From Candidatus Omnitrophota bacterium (GTDB taxonomy: Bacteria; Omnitrophota; Omnitrophia; Omnitrophales; JACQLI01): a DNA stretch of 64,000 nucleotides. The notes under the pieces were generated by a model. The model was not told the DNA's origin. It saw only the letters and a program-made list of their open reading frames with translations, and did no database searches. Below, piece by piece: positions 46,562-55,084 of this stretch (position 1 is the first letter of the stretch; the number at the start of each line of letters is the position of its first letter). The translations under genes and the position numbers were made by a program. The stretch lies in assembly GCA_016179745.1 (NCBI GenBank), contig JACPCP010000008.1, positions 34,103 through 98,102 of the forward strand. The letters are read 5' to 3'.

Positions 46562-48507
46562 GAGAGCAGGCCCTCCAGTTTCTCCCGGATCTCATTCCGC
46601 TCTCTTTTGAGGAATTCACCGGCTGGGACCCGCCGGATTTTTCCCAATGTGGCCGCAAGTTCGCCCACCGAAACTACGGGGACGCCCCAATCTTTTTTCA
46701 AACTTTCCTGAAAACGGGTGTGCTTTCGGGGAAGCCCGTCCGAACTCATTTTCACCACGACCACAGCTTTTCCGGAACTCACGGCCTCTGAGATCATCGA
46801 AAGGCTGTCTTCGGTCACAATCAAAAAATCCGCCAGGGCCATCATCCCGGGAACGACTTCCGGACGGCGGTCCTGGGAAGCGATGACACAAAGCTGGCAG
46901 CGGGAATTCTCATTCAGTTGTTCCTGAAGAAACCTGCAGATTTTTTCCGGTGTCCGGCGGCTGGTCGTCACAAGGTAATCCCCGGCAGCGGCCTCACTCG
47001 CCTGTTCCATCTGACGAATCAAGTTTTCCACCTCCGGGAGCAAAAGCTTGAAGCCCCGGGTTTCGCCTCCCAGAAAAAGACCCAGCCGGACCCTCTCCGG
47101 ATTTGGGAGCGACCCGATGAGTTTTCGTTTTGAACTCTCAAGCGCTTCCGGCCCCGCCGGGCTCAAGGCCCCTTGGATCCGGACCGTGCCCCGGGGCAGA
47201 AGCCCCCGGTCGTGGAAAGGCACCAAGGCCAGATCGTAACGGAAAAGGTTGAAGGGGAAGCCGGGTTTCATGACGACCACGGATTTCGAAAGATTTTCCC
47301 GCCCGAGACAAAGATTGAGCGGCACGAGGCGGGTCCCGGCCGAGATGACGATGTCCGGATTCACCTGTTCGATCCTTTCGGCGCATTCGGGAGTCAGAAA
47401 AAACCGGAGCCGGCGAAGCCGCCCCTGGGCCCACGGCATAAAGAAAAGGGCAAAAACCGGAAACAGGCGCCGGCGCCACTTTGAGGCAAACCGGACCTCC
47501 ACCGTTTCCGCCAAAATTTCATAGGGAGGGGCGGCCTTCCCGCCGACGGCCCGGATTTCCTCCAGAAGCGTCTCGGATTGCTTCACGTGGCCCGGCTTCC
47601 CGTCGGAAAGCAGAACGATCCTTTGGGTCCGGTTCCTTTTCCAACGCTTGTGGCCCCAGAGCCACTGCGAAGGATAACGGGCCAGAGTCGATTCCAAAAT
47701 TTCGATGTAGCGCTGGGTGTTGATTTCAATGTCCTTTTCATAATCGCCTGTGCGGACCAGCTCCAGGGCGTCGGGCCTGAAATAAAGATCGTGGCAAGGC
47801 CCCTTTCGCCGGACCATAAAAACCGGCAGCACGGGCACGCCGAACTTCAAGGCCAAGGCCATCGGACCCCGGGGGGCCGTCGTGAGGCGCCCAAAAAACC
47901 GCACCCAGACTCCGTTCTTTCCTCCCGATTGGTCCCCCAAAACTCCGACCGAACCGCCCTGGCGCAGGGTGCGGATCAAATCCCGGATCCCGGACCCCTT
48001 GTCCACCGCACGGGAACCGTAATACTGACGAAAGGAGCTCAAAAGCCGGTCCAACTGCTTGTGTTTCTGCCGGCGGGTCAGCACGGTCATCGGCCGCCCC
48101 CGGAGCCCCTCGGCAATTTGCGAGAGCTCCCAATTGCCCAAGTGCGCCGTCAAAAGAATCAAACCCCTTCCGGATTGTCGAAGTTCGAGATAGTTTTCAT
48201 AACCGTGGTTCGTCACGTAACGATTGATTTCGGATTCGCTCAAGACCGGAACCCTCATGATCTCAACGCCCGACATCCCAAGGTGTTCAAAAAGTTCCCG
48301 GGTCCACTGTTTCCGCTCCCGGGGAGCGCTGTGAGGAAAGGCGGCCTTGAGGTGGGTGTAAGCGACCCGGCGGCGCCGGCTGAAAAAATGGACCGCTCTT
48401 CCGATAGCCCGGCCCAGGGCCAGCGAAGTTTCCAACGGGAGGCGGCGAACCCAAAAGGCAATGAGACGGAGCGTCCAATAGCCCGTCCCGTCTAAAAAGG
48501 CGTCCAC
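46558..48507 (-). CDS. Fusion protein: N-terminal LpxL-type lipid A acyltransferase plus C-terminal ELM1/DUF1022-like (GT-B-like) domain
   Basis: 649 aa. Residues 1-~295 have LLTAHLGNWEL (H-x4-E) and YPSQWLWGHKRWK. Residues ~296-649 have RIVLLSDGKPGHVKQ, LVTTSRRTP and LIVTEDSLSMISEAVSSGKAV, hallmarks of the ELM1 family. The junction is near nt 47622. Confidence 0.8.
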   Translation of the reverse strand: MDAFLDGTGYWTLRLIAFWVRRLPLETSLALGRAIGRAVHFFSRRRRVAYTHLKAAFPHSAPRERKQWTRELFEHLGMSGVEIMRVPVLSESEINRYVTNHGYENYLELRQSGRGLILLTAHLGNWELSQIAEGLRGRPMTVLTRRQKHKQLDRLLSSFRQYYGSRAVDKGSGIRDLIRTLRQGGSVGVLGDQSGGKNGVWVRFFGRLTTAPRGPMALALKFGVPVLPVFMVRRKGPCHDLYFRPDALELVRTGDYEKDIEINTQRYIEILESTLARYPSQWLWGHKRWKRNRTQRIVLLSDGKPGHVKQSETLLEEIRAVGGKAAPPYEILAETVEVRFASKWRRRLFPVFALFFMPWAQGRLRRLRFFLTPECAERIEQVNPDIVISAGTRLVPLNLCLGRENLSKSVVVMKPGFPFNLFRYDLALVPFHDRGLLPRGTVRIQGALSPAGPEALESSKRKLIGSLPNPERVRLGLFLGGETRGFKLLLPEVENLIRQMEQASEAAAGDYLVTTSRRTPEKICRFLQEQLNENSRCQLCVIASQDRRPEVVPGMMALADFLIVTEDSLSMISEAVSSGKAVVVVKMSSDGLPRKHTRFQESLKKDWGVPVVSVGELAATLGKIRRVPAGEFLKRERNEIREKLEGLLS

Positions 48508-48524
48508 GGCGTCCCGCCCCTCCT

Positions 48525-49565
48525 TTAGTTCACTCCGAGCAGGCGGAAAATGCGGTCATTCAGGATTTCTTCGCCCGCCGAGATCTGAAGCCGGGCGGCC
48601 AGGACCAGGGGATTTAAAACCTCGCTGATCACCTGCGGGGCCCGGTAGAAATCCTTCTCGGTCGTCACAATTTCGTCGACCTCGCTTGCCTGACTCACCC
48701 GCCGGATTTCTTCAAGCTCCTCTTTCTTAAAGGCATGATGGTCGCAGAATTCGAAGTTGCGGACGGGGCGGATCCCGAGATGGGAAAGGAGCAGCTGGAA
48801 GGAACGGGGATGGCCGAGGGCCGAGAAGGTGGCGACCCGGCGGTTCCCGAGGCGGTCGAGCGGCACCCGGGTCCGCTGCTTCGAGCGGTAAAAAAACAGC
48901 GGCTCAAAGTAAGACTCCGTGACGGTTGCGTTCGGCGCCAATTTGTGAATTTCTGCCCTGAGACACTCCAATTCCTTGGGCCCCACCAAGTTGGCGTGGG
49001 ACAGCACAATCACACTGGCCCGGCGAAGGGCCCCGAGAGGCTCCCGCAAAATGCCCCGGGGGAAAAGTTTTCCGTTTCCGAAGGGGTTCAGGGAATTCAC
49101 GGTGAGAATTTCCACGTCCCTCTGGATTTTCCAATGCTGGAATCCGTCATCAAGGATCGCCACGTGGATCCGTTCCCGGCGGCTCATGCCCCGTGCCACT
49201 TCGTATCTTTCTTTGCCGACCCCGATCCGGGCGCCGGGCAGGTGGCTTCGAAACTGTTCCACCTCGTCCGAGTTGTAGCCCCGGGTCAGGATGAGCGGGG
49301 TCTTTCCCCGTTCGAGGACCCGCCGGGCGAGGTATTCCACAAGCGGGGTCTTTCCGGTCCCGCCCCACGTCAGATTGCCGACGCTGATCACGGGGAAGGG
49401 CAGTCTCCTTCTCGGGAAAATCCCGTGGCCATAGAAGGCCTTCATCAGACCGACGCCGGCGCCGTAAAGAGCACTGACCCCCGAAAGAAGAGGTTTCAAA
49501 ACGTGAGGGGACAGGCCGACTTGACGGTCTTCGGCCAACAATCGAAAGTAATTTTTAACCGACAT
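48525..49565 (-). CDS. lpxK: Tetraacyldisaccharide 4'-kinase
   Basis: 346 aa. VISVGNLTWGGTGKTPLVEYLARR (P-loop) and ILDDGFQH. Confidence 0.93.
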   Translation of the reverse strand: MSVKNYFRLLAEDRQVGLSPHVLKPLLSGVSALYGAGVGLMKAFYGHGIFPRRRLPFPVISVGNLTWGGTGKTPLVEYLARRVLERGKTPLILTRGYNSDEVEQFRSHLPGARIGVGKERYEVARGMSRRERIHVAILDDGFQHWKIQRDVEILTVNSLNPFGNGKLFPRGILREPLGALRRASVIVLSHANLVGPKELECLRAEIHKLAPNATVTESYFEPLFFYRSKQRTRVPLDRLGNRRVATFSALGHPRSFQLLLSHLGIRPVRNFEFCDHHAFKKEELEEIRRVSQASEVDEIVTTEKDFYRAPQVISEVLNPLVLAARLQISAGEEILNDRIFRLLGVN

Positions 49566-50871
49566 GAGCAGGCACTCCTTTGGTTGTTTTCAAAAAGGGT
49601 TCAATGAAATGAAGGTTTCGCTGGGTGGCGCCCCGAAGCTTCTCCAAAACTTCGAACGCCCGGCGGCCCATCGTTTGCCGCTCCGCCCGGTTGGGAAGAA
49701 TCCGCTTCAGGGTGAGAATGAGCTGGGGTTCTCCGTCGATCCTGAGACTTCCTCCCGCCTCGCCGAGCCGTTGGTAGAGCTCCTCAAAATTGAAGACCCA
49801 GGGACCGTGTAACAGGGCCCGGCCTGTGACGGCCGGCTCCGCCGGGTTCTGCCCGCCGTGAGGGACAAAGCTTCCCCCCATCACCACGACATCAGCGGCA
49901 AGATAAAGTTTCCGAAGTTCTCCGAGTTTGTCGAGAATCAAGACATCGTAGGAGGGCGGGGACGGGGCCGCTTCGCTCATCAGGATTCCCCGGAAACCCT
50001 CCCGCCGGACTTCCTCCAAAATCCGGCGTGACCGCTCAACGTGGCGGGGCGCCAAAACAAGTTTGAGCGGGACCCGTTCCTCCCGGAGAAGGCGGAGGAC
50101 CCGGAGGAGCATCTCGTCTTCCCCGGGGTGCGTGCTCCCCCCCATCAAAACCTGATCGGTCGCTTGAATCCCCCAAGCCTCCCGAAGGGGTTCCCGCTCC
50201 TTTTCCCGGTGCCCCTCCCAATCCAGGGCATCCAGTTTCATATTTCCCGTCACGGTGACTTTCTCAGGCGAGACCCCCAACTCCACCCACCGGGCCCGGT
50301 TCTTCTCTGTCTGGACAAGAAAAAAGGTCACCGACTTAAAGACAGGGGCGAAAATCCAGTGGAAGCGCTTGAAGGCCCGAAAAGATTTTTCGGAGAGGCG
50401 CCCATTCACAATCCCCACCGGAATTCCCCGGGTCCGGGCCTCCCGAATCACATTGGGCCAAATTTCGGTTTCGACGAGGAGGAGGAGTTTCGGTTTGAAG
50501 GTCTGAAAAAACCGGCGCACGGCAAAGCGGAAATCAAAGGGAAAATAGAAAACGCTCAGGCGCCCGCTCTCCCAGGATTTGGCAATCCGCTGACCGGTGG
50601 GGGTCACCGTGGTCAGAACCACTTGAAGCCCCGGCCGTTCTTTGAGAAGGAGGTGAAGGAACTTCTCGACGGCGAGGACTTCCCCCACGCTCACCGCATG
50701 GACCCAGACCGGGTGTTGGGTCCGGAACCGGGAGACCGTCTCCCGGGGAAAAATCCCGAGCCTCTCCTTCACCGAACGGACCGGGTCGTCTGCCTGCCCG
50801 AGCCGCTTGAGAAAGTGAGGAAGCGAAAAAAAGGCAAAGAGAAAAAATCCAAAGTTATAAATCCAACGCAT
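49555..50871 (-). CDS. waaA: 3-deoxy-D-manno-octulosonic acid (Kdo) transferase
   Basis: 438 aa. N-terminal anchor, VWVHAVSVGEV, ETEIWPN and GGSFVPHGGQNPAEPA are WaaA/KdtA motifs. Confidence 0.93.
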   Translation of the reverse strand: MRWIYNFGFFLFAFFSLPHFLKRLGQADDPVRSVKERLGIFPRETVSRFRTQHPVWVHAVSVGEVLAVEKFLHLLLKERPGLQVVLTTVTPTGQRIAKSWESGRLSVFYFPFDFRFAVRRFFQTFKPKLLLLVETEIWPNVIREARTRGIPVGIVNGRLSEKSFRAFKRFHWIFAPVFKSVTFFLVQTEKNRARWVELGVSPEKVTVTGNMKLDALDWEGHREKEREPLREAWGIQATDQVLMGGSTHPGEDEMLLRVLRLLREERVPLKLVLAPRHVERSRRILEEVRREGFRGILMSEAAPSPPSYDVLILDKLGELRKLYLAADVVVMGGSFVPHGGQNPAEPAVTGRALLHGPWVFNFEELYQRLGEAGGSLRIDGEPQLILTLKRILPNRAERQTMGRRAFEVLEKLRGATQRNLHFIEPFLKTTKGVPAHVG

Positions 50872-50879
50872 GGTTCCCG

Positions 50880-51770
50880 CTAAGCCCGGGGGTGCGCCCG
50901 GTGATAAGCCTCCTGAAGACGCCGTGTCGTCACGTGCGTATAAATTTGTGTCGTCGAAAGGTTCGCATGCCCGAGAAGTTCCTGGACGCTCCTCAGGTCT
51001 GCCCCCCGGTCCAGCATGTGGGTCGCAAAGGTGTGGCGCAGGGTGTGTGGTGAAATCCCCTTCTTTAAAGAAATCTGTCTCGCATACTTTAGAATCAGGC
51101 GCCGGACACTCCGGTCCGTCAGCCGGGTCCCGGACCGGTTCAGGAAAAGGGGGTGGCTCAATTCATCGGATTTCCGGCCGGCCGGGAGGGCCTCCAGGTA
51201 ATCCCGGAGGGACCCCAGCGCCTTTTCGCCGATGGGAACGATCCTTTCCTTTTTCCCCTTGCCCCGGATCTTCACAAGGCCGCTCAAAAGATCCAAGTCG
51301 CCCCGGTTGAGGCCCACGAGTTCGCTGACACGGACTCCGGAGCTGTAAAGCGTCTCCAGGATCGAACGGTCCCGCTTCCCCTCCCAATTTTTTCCGGAGG
51401 GGGCCTCCAGGAGATGGGTGATTTCGCCCAGATCGAGAAAGCGGGGCAGTTTCTTGTCCCGTTTCGGCGTGCTGATCCCCAGGACGGGGTTCGCCTGAAG
51501 CTGCTTTTCCCGGGCCAGGAACTTGAAAAAAGACCGGAGCGCCGCCAGCTTTCGGGAAAGGGTTGCCTTCGAACAGCCTCTCGATTTGACCTGCGTGAGA
51601 AAGCTTCGGATCAAGAGCGGATCGACTTCGCTCGTCTTTCTCGTGCCTAGAAACTGAAAAAATTCCCTGAGGTCGGCCCCGTAATTTTTGATCGTGTGGG
51701 GCGAAGCGCCCCGTCCTGCTTCCAAATACTCGAAAAATTGCCGGACCGACGGGTCCATCCTAGACTCCAT
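50880..51770 (-). CDS. xerC: Tyrosine recombinase XerC/XerD family
   Basis: 296 aa. N-terminal SAM-like domain, catalytic R...HTLRHTFATHML..GADLRSVQELLGHANLSTTQIYTHV with the Tyr. Assignment to XerC versus XerD is not secure. An alternative start is ATG 51758. Confidence 0.85.
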   Translation of the reverse strand: MESRMDPSVRQFFEYLEAGRGASPHTIKNYGADLREFFQFLGTRKTSEVDPLLIRSFLTQVKSRGCSKATLSRKLAALRSFFKFLAREKQLQANPVLGISTPKRDKKLPRFLDLGEITHLLEAPSGKNWEGKRDRSILETLYSSGVRVSELVGLNRGDLDLLSGLVKIRGKGKKERIVPIGEKALGSLRDYLEALPAGRKSDELSHPLFLNRSGTRLTDRSVRRLILKYARQISLKKGISPHTLRHTFATHMLDRGADLRSVQELLGHANLSTTQIYTHVTTRRLQEAYHRAHPRA

Positions 51771-54036
51771 TCGCCTCGGGGGGCTTCTCCTCCTCAGCCA
51801 CGGTCTCCTTGTCTCTCGGGAGCCGCCGGGTGACGTAAGTGCACTTGGGATAATTGGAACAGCCGTAAAAGGTCTGCCGGCGCTTTGACTTCCGTTTCAC
51901 CAGATCCCCGTTACAGCCGGGCTGGGGACACCGAAACCCCGTCGGCATGGATTTTGTGTAGCGGCAGGCCGGGAAACCCGAACAGGCCAAAAATTGCCCG
52001 AACCGCCCCCAACGGATGAGCATCTGTTTTCCGCAGAGGTCGCAGACCTCGTCCGTCGGAACGGCCTCCCGGCGGACACTCCGCATTTCGACTTTGGCAT
52101 CCGCCAAATACTTTGAGAAGGGTTCGTAGAAATCCTTGAGAACGGAATGCCATTCGAGCTCCCCCTCTTCAATCTTGTCGAGTTCCTCTTCCATTAAGGC
52201 CGTGAATTGATAATCCAGGATTTTGGGAAAATGTTTGACAAGGAGATCGACCACAATCTCCCCCAGCTCCGTGGGCACGAGGGCGCCTTTCCGCTCCACG
52301 TAGGAACGGTCGATCAGGACATAGATCGTGGGGGCATAGGTGCTGGGCCGTCCGATGCCCTTTTCCTCCAGTGTCCTGACGAGGCTGGCATCGTTGAAAC
52401 GGGCGGGCGGCTTCGTGAAGTGCTGGCTTGCCAGAAGCTCGTGCAGGCGAAGCGCCTCTCCTTCCGCAAGCGGCGGGAGCTCCTGGCTCTCCTCATCCTC
52501 CTCCGAAGATTCGTCCTCCTTCTCGGACTTTTCCGGAATCTCGAAAACAATTCCAAACCCCGGGAACAAATTCCGCCTCCCGCTCGCCCGGAAGAAATAA
52601 CGGTCCCCCGCCTGAATCGTGACGGAGGTCTGCTCGTCAATCGCCGGGACCATTTGGGAGGCGACAAACTTTCTCCAGATCAATTCATAAAGTTTGAATT
52701 CATCTTCATCGAGAAAGCCTTTGATTTTTTCGGGCAGTCTCAAAACGGAGCTGGGCCGGACGGCCTCGTGGGCCTCCTGCGCCCCCTTCTTGGATTTGTA
52801 GACCGGCGGGGCCTTGGGAAGAAACTTGGGTCCGTATTTTTCACCGATCCATTTCCGGGCCTCAGCCTGGGCCGACGGGGCGACATTGACCGAATCGGTC
52901 CTCATGTAGGTAATGAGACCCACGGCCTCGTCGGAGCCGAGCTCCACGCCTTCGTAAAGTTTCTGCGCAACCTTCATGGTCTTGGCGGCCGTGAAACCGA
53001 GACGGGTATAGGCCTCCTGCTGGAGACGGCTCGTGGTGTAGGGGGCCTGCGGCTTCCGGAGCCTTTCCTTTTTCTCGACCTTGAGGACCTGAAAGGGAAG
53101 TTTTTCGATCCGGGATTTGATTTCCTCGGCTTCTTTTTGATTGCCGATCTCGAGCTTCTTCTCGCCTTCCCGGTCGAGACGGGCGAGAAAAATCTTGGCG
53201 TCCTCACCGCCCTTTTCGGAAGAAAGCCGGGCCCGGATCTGCCAATACTCTTTGGGGACAAACTGGCGGATCTCCCGCTCCCTTTCGACAATCAGGCGAA
53301 GGGCCACGGACTGGACCCGGCCGGCGCTCAAGCCCTTCCCGACATTTTTCCAAAGAAGGGGGCTCAGCTCGTAGCCCACCAATCGGTCGAGGACCCGCCG
53401 GGCCTGCTGGGCATTGACCAGCTTGTCATCAATTTCACGGGGGTGTTTGAAGGCCTCCCGGACGGCGTCGGGAGTGATTTCGTTGAAAACGACCCGGTGG
53501 ATTTTTCCGTCGGTCTCGCCGTGAAGAATCGCCGCCAGGTGCCAGCTGATGGCCTCTCCCTCCCGGTCCGGGTCCGGGGCCAGGTAGACGGCCTTTTTCC
53601 CCTTGGCTTCCTTTTTGATCCGGGTCACGGTCTTTTTGGCTTTGGTCATGATGACATAGTCGGGTTTGAATTCGTGCTCAAGGTCAATCCCCATCCGTCC
53701 CTTGGGAAGGTCCCGGACATGGCCCATCGAGGCCTCAATCTGGTAGGCGGGCCCGAGGTAACGCAGGAGGGTCCTGGCCTTGGTGGGTGATTCCACAATC
53801 ACAAGGTTCTCCGCCCCTCCCTTGCCTCCCCCGACGAAATGAACCACCTCGATCTCATCTCCCTCTTCGACCGTGACCCGGTCAAATTCCTCCCGGGGAA
53901 TGACCTGGCGGTTCCGTTCGACCACGACGGAGCGGGGGTCCATCTGGAAGGATTGGAGGAGTCCGGTGACTGTGGTAAGCGGGTTGATCCGTCTTGCTTC
54001 GCCGTTCAACCGGAGCTGGATAAAGCCTGTTTTCAT
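51760..54036 (-). CDS. topA: DNA topoisomerase I with an in-frame N-terminal ThiS-like beta-grasp domain
   Basis: Toprim start LVIVESPTKARTLLRYLG, the type IA core (YMRTDS active-site Tyr region) and C-terminal zinc ribbons (CDLCG.., CPQPGC..). The frame stays open upstream through a ThiS-like segment to ATG 54036; the track start 54054 is a TTG. Confidence 0.93.
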   Translation of the reverse strand: MKTGFIQLRLNGEARRINPLTTVTGLLQSFQMDPRSVVVERNRQVIPREEFDRVTVEEGDEIEVVHFVGGGKGGAENLVIVESPTKARTLLRYLGPAYQIEASMGHVRDLPKGRMGIDLEHEFKPDYVIMTKAKKTVTRIKKEAKGKKAVYLAPDPDREGEAISWHLAAILHGETDGKIHRVVFNEITPDAVREAFKHPREIDDKLVNAQQARRVLDRLVGYELSPLLWKNVGKGLSAGRVQSVALRLIVEREREIRQFVPKEYWQIRARLSSEKGGEDAKIFLARLDREGEKKLEIGNQKEAEEIKSRIEKLPFQVLKVEKKERLRKPQAPYTTSRLQQEAYTRLGFTAAKTMKVAQKLYEGVELGSDEAVGLITYMRTDSVNVAPSAQAEARKWIGEKYGPKFLPKAPPVYKSKKGAQEAHEAVRPSSVLRLPEKIKGFLDEDEFKLYELIWRKFVASQMVPAIDEQTSVTIQAGDRYFFRASGRRNLFPGFGIVFEIPEKSEKEDESSEEDEESQELPPLAEGEALRLHELLASQHFTKPPARFNDASLVRTLEEKGIGRPSTYAPTIYVLIDRSYVERKGALVPTELGEIVVDLLVKHFPKILDYQFTALMEEELDKIEEGELEWHSVLKDFYEPFSKYLADAKVEMRSVRREAVPTDEVCDLCGKQMLIRWGRFGQFLACSGFPACRYTKSMPTGFRCPQPGCNGDLVKRKSKRRQTFYGCSNYPKCTYVTRRLPRDKETVAEEEKPPEANGV
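53824..54036 (-). other. ThiS/MoaD-type sulfur-carrier-like domain (71 aa, ends VGGG) forming the N-terminus of the topA ORF
   Basis: MKTGFIQLRLNGEARRINPLTTVTGLLQSFQMDPRSVVVERNRQVIPREEFDRVTVEEGDEIEVVHFVGGG has ThiS length and motif pattern. There is no stop codon before KGGAEN-LVIVESPTKA. Confidence 0.8.
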
Positions 54037-54126
54037 TCGGGGGATTCTATTCAAATAGTCGGAACATGTAAAGAAAAGTTTATCGGACGCACTAAGAATA
54101 GTCTTAACTTGTTTTAATTCTTTACC

Positions 54127-54489
54127 TTAAGAAATATCTTCCCAACGATCCTCCGATTTGGGCCTCGGAGAGTGGACTTTTTTGGCGGGGTGAGGGGGGA
54201 GTTTGTAGAGGCTTTCAAGCTGGTGGATCTGGGTGTCTTCGATGACTTCCTTCTCGATCTTCTTGATCATACGCTTCAAGACCCCGAGCCTGATCCCAAG
54301 CTTCTCCACGCAGAGGGCCGTCACCAGCCTCGTCAGGAGGTTCAGGTGGACTTCGACGTCTTGAAGCCGCTCCGAAGAATCCTGGGCACGCTCCCAGAGT
54401 TTGTCGACGTGCTTCTTCAGGTATTCGATCTCGTGTCCCTGAAAAAGATCGTCTGCTTGCTTCTCTTTCTTCCGAATCCGTTTTCTCAT
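54127..54489 (-). CDS. Hypothetical protein (120 aa), basic N-terminus and predicted coiled coil
   Basis: ORF bracketed by a strong upstream terminator and the AT-rich topA leader. Sequence MRKRIRKKEKQADDLFQGHEIEYLKKHVDKLWERAQ...; I recognise no family. Confidence 0.6.
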   Translation of the reverse strand: MRKRIRKKEKQADDLFQGHEIEYLKKHVDKLWERAQDSSERLQDVEVHLNLLTRLVTALCVEKLGIRLGVLKRMIKKIEKEVIEDTQIHQLESLYKLPPHPAKKVHSPRPKSEDRWEDIS

Positions 54490-54546
54490 AGGCCTTCGTT
54501 CCTGCTAGAAAAACTAACACAGAGATCGTCAGAATACAAAAGCGCC

Positions 54547-54584
54547 AACAAAAAAGGGGTCAGATCCTGAACGGACCTGACCCC
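54547..54584 (-). terminator. Rho-independent terminator downstream of the RDD gene
   Basis: Minus strand reads GGGGTCAGGTCC-GTTCA-GGATCTGACCCC (12-bp stem including one G-U pair, 5-nt loop), followed directly by TTTTTTGTT. Confidence 0.8.
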
Positions 54585-54615
54585 TCGAAGGACTGTCTTT
54601 GCCTGAAAATTTGCC

Positions 54616-55041
54616 TTAGGCGGTCACCACCCGGGTCTTGGCCCAGCCGTCGGCCACCCGTTCCCCCCTGGTAAGAAGGGACACGATCTCCACAATGTAG
54701 CCCACCACCAGCACAAAGGGAATGATGAGAAGGATGTTCCGGATGAAGGCCTGCGCCAGGGTCACCTTCCCGCCCGCAAGACTCACCAGTTTGGTGCCTA
54801 CCATCTTCCGGCCGGGAGAAAAGACGGCGTCCCGGAAAATCATCCAGAGGATGTTGATCACGATCAACACCACATTCCGAATCCCTTCAGGGGTATTCAG
54901 GAGTAAAAGACCCGCAATGACCCCCAGAAGAATGGGAATGAGAATCAAGTCGATCACCCCGGCGGCAAAGCGCTTCCCCTTGGAAGCGGCGCCGGACTCC
55001 CCCGCCCCCCCTGGGATAGATCCTGAAGAGAATTCTGTCAT
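54616..55041 (-). CDS. RDD-family membrane protein
   Basis: 141 aa. RFAAGVIDLILIPILLGVIAG..., three hydrophobic helices and conserved R/D positions. AAAGGAG lies 6 nt upstream of the ATG. Confidence 0.75.
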   Translation of the reverse strand: MTEFSSGSIPGGAGESGAASKGKRFAAGVIDLILIPILLGVIAGLLLLNTPEGIRNVVLIVINILWMIFRDAVFSPGRKMVGTKLVSLAGGKVTLAQAFIRNILLIIPFVLVVGYIVEIVSLLTRGERVADGWAKTRVVTA

Positions 55042-55084
55042 TGAAAGCTCCTTTCCTTTACAAGCCTAAAAAACGGCACAACCG

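Noticed and set aside
50880-51770. Tyrosine recombinase as a marker of an integrated mobile element
   Set aside because: The sequence is XerC/XerD-like (LGHANLSTTQIYTH, HPRA C-terminus). It overlaps topA and is followed by core LPS genes. There is no tRNA, direct repeat, phage or transposase gene nearby.
52207-53790. 527-aa plus-strand ORF
   Set aside because: It lies entirely antisense to topA, has no recognisable motifs and has a shadow-ORF composition.
54037-54126. TPP riboswitch upstream of the thiS-like domain
   Set aside because: The 90-nt AT-rich leader shows none of the conserved TPP-aptamer elements (no CUGAGA or ACCUGAUCUGGAUAAUGCCAGCG-like segments) and is too short.
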